NCBI GenBank assembly: GCA_002069815.1
Contig: MWCB01000004.1
Coordinates: 1-60,476 of the forward strand
Length of the DNA: 60,476 bases
Direction of reading: 5' to 3'
From: Tenericutes bacterium ADurb.Bin239
Lineage (GTDB): Bacteria > Bacillota_I > Bacilli_A > RFN20 > CAG-826
Of this stretch, positions 41,374-48,726 are shown in pieces (the first letter of the stretch is position 1; each line of letters opens with the position of its first letter). Position numbers and translations under genes: made by a program. Under the pieces are notes generated by a model. It made no database searches. It was not told the origin of the DNA and worked only from the letters and a program-made list of their open reading frames with translations.

Positions 41374-41576
41374 ACATTAGGATTTAAAGATTTATTTTAA
41401 ACGGCACTACTTTATCATGGGCTGCTGTGACGGGTGCACACGCATATGCAGTTTGTAACGATGAAGAATTACTTTCAAAGTCGTTAGATCCATTCATCTA
41501 AGCAAGCCTATTGCTTACTAAGGGCCGTAATTTCTAGCAAAAAAACTAGACAAAAAATCACTTAAGGAGCGAAGAT

Positions 41577-43039
41577 ATGTTTAAAAAAATATTTTATCGA
41601 CCCCAAACGGGCGTCTGCGCGGACTTTATTCCGTTTTACGACGAAGGCGAATTCAAACTATACTTTCTACGAGATTATCGGGACTTTGATAAACATGGTG
41701 AAGGAACACCATGGCAACTAACAGTTACCAAGGATTTAATTAGTTTTACCGATGAAGTTGAAGTTATTTCCCGGGGAACCAAAGAAGAGCAAGACTTATA
41801 TGTGTTTACTGGTTGTGTCAATAAGATTGATGGTAAGTATCACATCTTTTACACGGGCCATAACCCACACTTAAGAAGACAAGGTAAACCCGAGCAAGCA
41901 GTAATGCACGCTGTTAGTAAAGACGGGGTAAATTTTACTAAAATCCCCGCTGACACATTCTTCGCTCCTGGTGATAAATATGAAATGCATGACTGGCGTG
42001 ATCCCTTCATCTTTTTTGACAAAGATAAGGGACACTATGTTATGCTCTTAGCCGCCAGAACCAAAGAAGGACCAGCAATCCGGAAAGGGTGTACTGCGGT
42101 TTGTGTCTCGAAAGACTTAAAGAAATGGAAAGTCACGGGCAACATTTTAGAACCACGCGCTTTCTTCACTCACGAATGCCCTGATTACTTTGAAATTGGG
42201 GAATGGAAGTATATTATTTATTCCGAATTCAGTGATCGGTGTATTACTCGTTATAAAATGAGTAAAGATGGTGTTACATGGTTAACACCAAAAGTTGATA
42301 ACCATGTAACACCATCTTTACTCATTTTATAACGAGTAAAGATGGTGTTACATGGTTAACACCAAAAGTTGATAATTTTGATGGTCGCGCCTATTACGCC
42401 GCAAAAAGCGCCTGTAATGGTAAGAATCGTTATCTATTTGGTTGGATTCCCACTAAAAAAGATAGTGATCATGCTCACTGGGATTGGGGTGGTGATTTAG
42501 CAATCCATGAAATAATCCAAGGGAAAGATGGAACACTTTATACTAAGATGCCACGCAGCATTAAAGAATCGTTTACCAAAACATATTTAGATGTTAAAGA
42601 AATAGTACTGGGTACGGCGACCACTGATGAAGTTAAGACAATTATTAATCGTGAAATTGATGAATATTACTTAGAATGTGAAATTGAGTTTGATGAAAAT
42701 TTAACCGGTGTCGGACTCTTACTTAATTTTGATGAAGTAGCGGATCGCGGATACGGTTATACACTTAATTTATTTAATAATTTATTCGCATTTGATGTTT
42801 ATCCAAATCAGCCATGGAACTTAACAAACTTTATTAACGTACATCGTCCCCTTGAACTTAAACGCAAATATAAATTGCAATTACTTGTTGAGAAAAACAT
42901 TGCGGTTGCGTATCTCGACGATAAATATGCACTCTCCACTAGAATGTATCCGCTAGCGACACCAACCTTTAATTTAGGACTAATCGCTAAAAATGGAGTC
43001 GCTAAATTTAAAAACTTAAAAATTAAAACACGTAAATAA
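41577..43039 (+). pseudogene. Cytoplasmic divergent GH32-like hydrolase (paralog D), interrupted by a 74-nt foldback duplication
   Basis: There is no signal peptide. Motifs YRPQ...CADFIPFY, WRDPFIFF and HECPDYF. The ORF stops at TAA 42330-42332, inside the inserted segment. The remainder (FDGRAYY...YLFGWIPTKKD...WGGDLAIHE...) continues in the frame shifted by 2. Deleting 42302-42375 restores one 463-aa ORF. Confidence 0.8.
42247..42375. repeat. Foldback (inverted plus direct) duplication
   Basis: 42302-42336 is the exact reverse complement of 42247-42281 (35 nt). 42334-42375 is an exact direct copy of 42260-42301 (42 nt). The net insertion is 74 nt. Confidence 0.95.
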
Positions 43040-43063
43040 CTTCGGTGATTGAAATTAATTTAA

Positions 43064-43987
43064 CTACCAATTTACTGTTATGTTAATGTCTTGTTTATAA
43101 TCACCAAAATTTGATCCAAAAAGATTGATGCCCCCCTTATATCGGGCATCATCTTGGACCCCGATTTTAAGCGAGAAGTAATGATTTTCTTTAATGTTTA
43201 ATTCATCAATAGTGACGTCACTCACTTTTATGTTATTGATAAAACAACCATTTTTAGTTACTTCCCAAGTTGTCAAGATGCCATATTGTGTTAATTCTTG
43301 TGGCCACCAACTTGGGTTTTGTTTTCCGGCGCGGCCCCCGAAGTCGCCGGGACTAGTCCATTCCCCAATTAAAACATTGTTAATCCATACTGAAATATCG
43401 GATTTCCAGTCATTACGATAGAAAGGAGCTTCGGAACAAACTTCAAATGAAACCGTTAATTTTTCAAGTTTGCGCGGCAGCATTTTATTACTAATCCAAT
43501 ACTCCAAGTAACCACTGTGAAACCAAATTAATCCAGCCTTATTTCGATCGGGATCAAAGAAACTAGTGTTGTCATTATCGTCATTTCCTAATTTGTGGGT
43601 TGAAGTAGCAATACCACAGTTTGGTTCAACATCAAAATTAACATAACTACCGATTGGAACTTTATATTTCATGGAGTGTTGAACGTTATCATATTCATGG
43701 AAAATATCAATAGTTACCTCATCACAGTTACGACTACAAATCTTTGATTTTCCGTTTCTTGTGTAAATTTCTTTAACTTCGATAAGTTCACAATCAGCAA
43801 GAACATTAACGTGAACCGAAGTTGAAGAAAGTGGTAATTCAAGCTTGTCTGATAGTTCTTTTACACTTAAGCTCGCAGTATTTAGAAGTTTTAAAATATC
43901 AAGACGTTCAGGCGAAGATAATGCACGTGCCACCTTTGTTAATTTCTTTTTGTCTTGGGCAAGCGATAGTTTTAAATTATTAATCAT
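43064..43987 (-). CDS. ArsR-type wHTH regulator fused to a roughly 200-aa beta-rich C-terminal domain
   Basis: The N-terminus ALSSPERLDILKLLNTASLSVKELSDKLELPLSSTSVHVNVL is ArsR/SmtB-like. The C-terminal half (WINNVLIGEWTSPGDFGGRAGKQNPSWWPQ...) is not a known effector domain that I can name. The gene is divergent from the GH2 operon. Confidence 0.7.
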   Translation of the reverse strand: MINNLKLSLAQDKKKLTKVARALSSPERLDILKLLNTASLSVKELSDKLELPLSSTSVHVNVLADCELIEVKEIYTRNGKSKICSRNCDEVTIDIFHEYDNVQHSMKYKVPIGSYVNFDVEPNCGIATSTHKLGNDDNDNTSFFDPDRNKAGLIWFHSGYLEYWISNKMLPRKLEKLTVSFEVCSEAPFYRNDWKSDISVWINNVLIGEWTSPGDFGGRAGKQNPSWWPQELTQYGILTTWEVTKNGCFINNIKVSDVTIDELNIKENHYFSLKIGVQDDARYKGGINLFGSNFGDYKQDINITVNW

Positions 43988-44042
43988 AATAGTGGCTCCT
44001 TAATTCATTCTTTACTCTATTATAAAACCTTAATAATAAAAA

Positions 44043-44103
44043 TACTACTACAAAAAAACTGAAGTAGTAAAAACGGAATAGTATTTCTTTTTGAATAACT
44101 ATT
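44043..44103. promoter_or_regulatory. Candidate operator region (two imperfect inverted repeats) between the ArsR-like gene and GH2
   Basis: tactactac-N9-gaagtagta (44043-44069, 1 mismatch) and aatagt-N15-actatt (44077-44103). No binding data exist. Confidence 0.3.
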
Positions 44104-44153
44104 GAGTTAATTTATATGTGATAATAAAATGAAACTGACGAAAGGGAAAGTGC

Positions 44154-45893
44154 ATGATAATTAGAAACGAATATCCGCGTCCAGAGTTTAAACGCGCAGT
44201 TTGGCAAACGTTAAACGGATTGTGGGATTTTGAATTTGATGACACAAATAGTGGGATAGCAAAAGGCTTTTACAAAGTAAGCCATTTATTATCTCGTAAA
44301 ATAGTTGTACCTTTTGCCTATCAAACGGAAGCAAGTGGTATTAATGAAACAGAAGATCACCCCGTTATGTGGTATAAAAAAACATTTACATTAGAGGAAG
44401 GACTAAAAGGCAAGAATATTCTTCTTACGTTTAATGCAGTTGATTATAGTGCCACGGTGTGGGTTAATGGCATATATGTGGGTGAACATCATAATGGTTA
44501 TTCACGATTTTCGTTTAACATCACGAAACTACTAAAACAAAAAGGTGAAAATGTCATTACCGTTCGCGTAGTGGATGATGTTGATGCGAATCAGCCGCGC
44601 GGCAAACAATCGTGGATTGGCGAAACACATCGCTGTTGGTATTATGCAACAAGTGGAATATGGCAAAGTGTATGGCTTGAAGCAGTCGGGGAAGATCATC
44701 TAGTAAAAACACTAATTGTCCCAAACATCGATAAAAATAATGTTTTATTTACTTTTGAAACAAATGGATGTGCAAGCGATATTGATGTTGAAATATCATT
44801 CAAAGGTGAAGTAGTTAAGAAAATTAAAAGTACACTTGATGGCAAGATTACTAAACTAACAGCGGAATTGTTGCCATATGACGCAATTGATGAAATTCAT
44901 TATTGGTCTCCTAATCATCCCAATCTATATCAAGTGAAATTAACACTCTACATGAAAAACAAAGTAGTAGATGAAGTTGATACTTACTTTGGGTTTCGAA
45001 AAATTTCACTTGATGGACTGGGGAATATTTTATTAAACAATCGCCCCCTTTATCAAAAACTTATCCTTGATCAAGGCTATTGGGCTAAAACTGGACTAAC
45101 ACCGCCATCACACGAAGCATTAGCGCATGATATTAGATTAGCAAAAGAAATGGGCTTCAATGGAGCGCGTAAACATCAAAAAATAGAAGATTCGTATTTC
45201 TATTATTACGCTGATAAATTAGGATTCCTCGTCTGGGCAGAAATGCCAAGCGGATATCAATATGACTATAAAGAAGTTAGTAAAGTTAGCAGCCAATTTT
45301 ATGATTTAATTATTCAACTCTATAACTTCCCTAGCATTATCACTTGGGTTCCCCTAAATGAGAGCTGGGGCGTTCGTAAAATACTCGTTAATAAAGAACA
45401 GCAAGCCCTAGGTAAAAGTTTATATTATTTAGCCAAAGCAATTGATCCCACGCGCCTTGTTAATATTAATGACGGCTGGGAAAATCCGTTGTTAACGGAC
45501 TTTATTTCAATTCATGATTATTCGCGTTATGGCGAAGATTTTGCTAAAGAAAGTTCAAAAGAGGGAGTAGTTAAAGCTTATCCAATGGGCCGCAAAACGA
45601 TTATTGGAACAGAATATAATCCCACTAAGCCAGTCTTAATCACTGAATTCGGCGGTATTTCTATTCGTGAATTCATGAAAAAAGATAATGATTGGGGCTA
45701 TGCTGGAAATGAAGACTTAGAAGGTTTTTATAAACGGTTTAAAATCCTTATGGATAATATAAAAGCTTCTGATATTCAGGGATATTGTTATACGCAATTA
45801 ACTGATGTTATGCAAGAAACAAATGGGTTATTAGACGCGAATCATAATCCCAAAATAAATCTTAAAAAAATTAAGGATATTTTAAATGGATAA
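44154..45893 (+). CDS. GH2-family glycoside hydrolase (cytoplasmic)
   Basis: Sugar-binding domain pattern VWVNGIYVGEHHNGYSRFSFNIT, catalytic acid region PLNESWG and nucleophile region LITEFGG. There is no signal peptide. Confidence 0.8.
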   Translation: MIIRNEYPRPEFKRAVWQTLNGLWDFEFDDTNSGIAKGFYKVSHLLSRKIVVPFAYQTEASGINETEDHPVMWYKKTFTLEEGLKGKNILLTFNAVDYSATVWVNGIYVGEHHNGYSRFSFNITKLLKQKGENVITVRVVDDVDANQPRGKQSWIGETHRCWYYATSGIWQSVWLEAVGEDHLVKTLIVPNIDKNNVLFTFETNGCASDIDVEISFKGEVVKKIKSTLDGKITKLTAELLPYDAIDEIHYWSPNHPNLYQVKLTLYMKNKVVDEVDTYFGFRKISLDGLGNILLNNRPLYQKLILDQGYWAKTGLTPPSHEALAHDIRLAKEMGFNGARKHQKIEDSYFYYYADKLGFLVWAEMPSGYQYDYKEVSKVSSQFYDLIIQLYNFPSIITWVPLNESWGVRKILVNKEQQALGKSLYYLAKAIDPTRLVNINDGWENPLLTDFISIHDYSRYGEDFAKESSKEGVVKAYPMGRKTIIGTEYNPTKPVLITEFGGISIREFMKKDNDWGYAGNEDLEGFYKRFKILMDNIKASDIQGYCYTQLTDVMQETNGLLDANHNPKINLKKIKDILNG

Positions 45894-46659
45894 AAATATT
45901 GGTCGTGTTTTTTCAATCGAAGAATTTAGTGTCTATGACGGACCGGGAATTAGAACTACTGTCTTTCTCAAAGGGTGCCCGCTCCAATGTGAGTGGTGTC
46001 ATAACCCTGAAGGCCGGATTTATGAAAAACAAGAAGTTCATGATCCCCGCACGGGAAAACTATTAAGAATAAGTGGTACTGATTACACTGTTGATGAATT
46101 AGTGACTAAATTACTCAAGAACGCAAAAGTTCTTAATATGAACGGGGGAGGTGTCACCTTTTCAGGAGGCGAACCACTCTACCAACCTGAATTTCTAAAT
46201 AAAGTGTTAATAAGACTAAAAGGGAAAGTTCATATTGCAATTCAAACCTCAGGATATGCGACGCAAGAAGTGTTTGAGGAAACACTTAAAAATGTCGATT
46301 TAGTGCTCTTTGACTTAAAGATTATGGATAACGAGCTTGCCCAAAAATTCCAAAAAGCAGATAACAGGGTTATCTTCAATAATCTTGAAGTATTAAAGAA
46401 AACAAAAGTACCATTTATTGCAAGAGTCCCGCTTATTCCTGAACTTACGGACACAGACGCGAACCTTTCCCAAATAGCGGAACTACTAGCGGATGCTAAA
46501 AACTTAATGATGGTTGAAATTCTTCCTTATAACAAAATGGCCGGAGCCAAACATCGCATGCTTGGGAAAAAATATGAACCACACTTTGATGAAAACAAAG
46601 AATTAAACTTAAATATAGAAATCCTTACGCGCAAAGGATTTAAAGTGAAGGTGAATTAA
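45886..46659 (+). CDS. Glycyl-radical-enzyme activating enzyme (radical SAM), short PflA-like form
   Basis: GIRTTVFLKGCPLQCEWCHNPEG carries CX3CX2C at 45976-45999, and the VTFSGGEPL motif is present. At 257 aa it has no Cys-rich ferredoxin-like insert. Its ATG overlaps the GH2 stop. Confidence 0.9.
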   Translation: MDKNIGRVFSIEEFSVYDGPGIRTTVFLKGCPLQCEWCHNPEGRIYEKQEVHDPRTGKLLRISGTDYTVDELVTKLLKNAKVLNMNGGGVTFSGGEPLYQPEFLNKVLIRLKGKVHIAIQTSGYATQEVFEETLKNVDLVLFDLKIMDNELAQKFQKADNRVIFNNLEVLKKTKVPFIARVPLIPELTDTDANLSQIAELLADAKNLMMVEILPYNKMAGAKHRMLGKKYEPHFDENKELNLNIEILTRKGFKVKVN

Positions 46660-46660
46660 G

Positions 46661-48709
46661 ATGAATGAAAGAGTTAAAGTAATTCTTGAGAGACTCCATG
46701 ACCGAAAGTATCGTGAACTTCGGGTTAATTATGAAGTTAATCTAGCAAGCGAGTACGCTAAAAAGAAAGTACCGTTTCCTTTACGCGCGAGCGATCGACT
46801 CCAAAAACTAGCCGAGGCCGAAAAAGCAATCGTATACCCAGGTGACAGAATTGGTTTTTATCGTACGATTCGCAACATTCCGAAAATATTAACCGATAAA
46901 GAGTTTGATGATCTTGGTAAAAAGTATTTCTTATTCGATGGTGCCCAAGTTGGTAATATCAGCAGTGATTATGAATATACTTTAAAAGTTGGTTTTGATA
47001 AACGGTTAGAAGAAGTTGAAACTCAGATAAAAAAGGCAAACACGAACGCTGAATTAAATGAATTAAAAGCAATGAAAGAATCAATTTTGGCCATTTATAC
47101 AATTGCTGACAAATATCGCGCTGCGTATAAAAACAATAAGGAAATGCGCGAGATTCTTACAAGAATACCGCGTAAAGGAGCCACAAGTTTTCATGAAGCA
47201 CTTGTGTTTTTACGCTTATTAAATTTCACCCTTTGGTTAAACGCTAATAAACATAATACCTTAGGGCGCTTTGATCAATACATGTATCCTTATTTCAAAA
47301 AAGATATTGAAAGCGGACGTTTAACCAAAGAAGAAGCGTTCGTATTAATTCAAGAATTTTTCCTCTCACTTAACTTTGATAGTGATTTATATCCTGGTGT
47401 GCAACAAGGGGATAATGGTCAAAGTTTAGTGTTAGGGGGCGTTGATTTAAAAGGTAAGGAAGCCTTTAATGAATTATCAAAATTATGTTTAGAAGCTTCT
47501 TTGGAGTTAAATCTCATTGATCCAAAAATTAATATGCGTGTTAGTGCAAACACTGCCGATAAATGGTTCCTACTTGGCACAAAGTTAACGAAAAAGGGTT
47601 TAGGATTCCCTCAATATTCAAATGATGATGTAGTTATTCCCGCATTAGTAAAGTGGGGCTACAAACTTGAGCATGCGCGCGACTATGTAGTGGCGGCTTG
47701 TTGGGAATTTATCATTCCAAAATATGCAATGGATATTCCTAATGTTGACGCTGTTAATTTTCCCGAACTTGTTAACAAAACGATTAAAGAAAAACTACTT
47801 GTTTCCAAAACATACGATGAGTTTGAAAAATATTTCAATCAAAACATTCATGGTGAAGTGGAAAGAATGGTAAAAGCTTACGGTAATTATTATATTATTC
47901 CGTCTCCCTTCCAATCTTTGCTAATGGATGGATGTGTTGAACGGCGGAAAGACATTAGTGAAGAAGCTCTTTATCAAAACTTTGGTTTCCATGGCGCTGG
48001 TATTGCTACTGCTGTTGATTCTTTAGCAGTTATTAAAAGCAAAATATTCAAAGAAGAGAAAATAAGTAAACAAGGTCTCATTGATGCCTTAAAGTCAAAT
48101 TATGAAGGGTATGAAGAGTTGCGTCACATCTTACAAAACGGTCCAAAAATGGGTAATAACGATGATGATATTGATGATATAGCGGTCAGAATGCTAGATG
48201 TGTACGCTGATGCATGTAGTAAATATAGAAATGCGCGCGGCGGAATTATCCGTCCAGGAACAGGAACGGCCATGTATTATATTTGGCACTCAGAGAGACT
48301 AGGTGCAACACCTGATGGTCGTAAAGCTGGCGAACCGTTTGGCGCTAACTATTCGCCATCCATTAATTCGCGCTTTAACGGGGTTCTTTCCGTTATTCAG
48401 TCATTTTCCAAACCAAATCTTGAAAGAGTGTGTAATGGTGGACCACTCACTTTAGAATTCCATGACACCGTCTTCCGCAATGAAGAAGGCGTTAGCAAAG
48501 TTGCTGCGCTCGTTCAAACATTTGTGAAACTTCGCGGACATCAATTACAACTAAATGCAGTTAATCGCGAAACATTACTAGATGCCCAAAAACATCCCGA
48601 AAAACATAAGAACTTAATCGTTCGAGTGTGGGGCTGGAGCGGGTATTTTAATGAATTAGACCCAGTGTATCAAAATCACGTTATTCAAAGACTTGAATTC
48701 TTACAATAA
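46661..48709 (+). CDS. Glycyl radical enzyme, PFL2/dehydratase-like clade, unusually short
   Basis: The C-terminal fingerprint NLIVRVWGWSGYF matches RVxG[FWY], with the radical Gly at residue 658 (48632-48634). A single-Cys loop VVAACWEF has Cys347 (47699-47701) and Glu349. It is 682 aa and starts 1 nt after the activase stop. Confidence 0.88.
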   Translation: MNERVKVILERLHDRKYRELRVNYEVNLASEYAKKKVPFPLRASDRLQKLAEAEKAIVYPGDRIGFYRTIRNIPKILTDKEFDDLGKKYFLFDGAQVGNISSDYEYTLKVGFDKRLEEVETQIKKANTNAELNELKAMKESILAIYTIADKYRAAYKNNKEMREILTRIPRKGATSFHEALVFLRLLNFTLWLNANKHNTLGRFDQYMYPYFKKDIESGRLTKEEAFVLIQEFFLSLNFDSDLYPGVQQGDNGQSLVLGGVDLKGKEAFNELSKLCLEASLELNLIDPKINMRVSANTADKWFLLGTKLTKKGLGFPQYSNDDVVIPALVKWGYKLEHARDYVVAACWEFIIPKYAMDIPNVDAVNFPELVNKTIKEKLLVSKTYDEFEKYFNQNIHGEVERMVKAYGNYYIIPSPFQSLLMDGCVERRKDISEEALYQNFGFHGAGIATAVDSLAVIKSKIFKEEKISKQGLIDALKSNYEGYEELRHILQNGPKMGNNDDDIDDIAVRMLDVYADACSKYRNARGGIIRPGTGTAMYYIWHSERLGATPDGRKAGEPFGANYSPSINSRFNGVLSVIQSFSKPNLERVCNGGPLTLEFHDTVFRNEEGVSKVAALVQTFVKLRGHQLQLNAVNRETLLDAQKHPEKHKNLIVRVWGWSGYFNELDPVYQNHVIQRLEFLQ

Positions 48710-48726
48710 AAAGGAGGGATTATGTT

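Noticed and set aside
41381-41395. 15-nt exact match gatttaaagatttat shared with 59462-59476
   Set aside because: This is a single AT-rich 15-mer match in a 60-kb AT-rich window searched on both strands. That is within chance expectation, and the flanks show no extended similarity.
41417-41458. 13-codon Cys-rich mini-ORF MGCCDGCTRICSL
   Set aside because: It has no RBS. It lies in an alternative frame of the stretch better explained as an FN3-like coding relic, and no maturation or export genes are nearby. It is most likely a chance ORF in a GC-richer segment.
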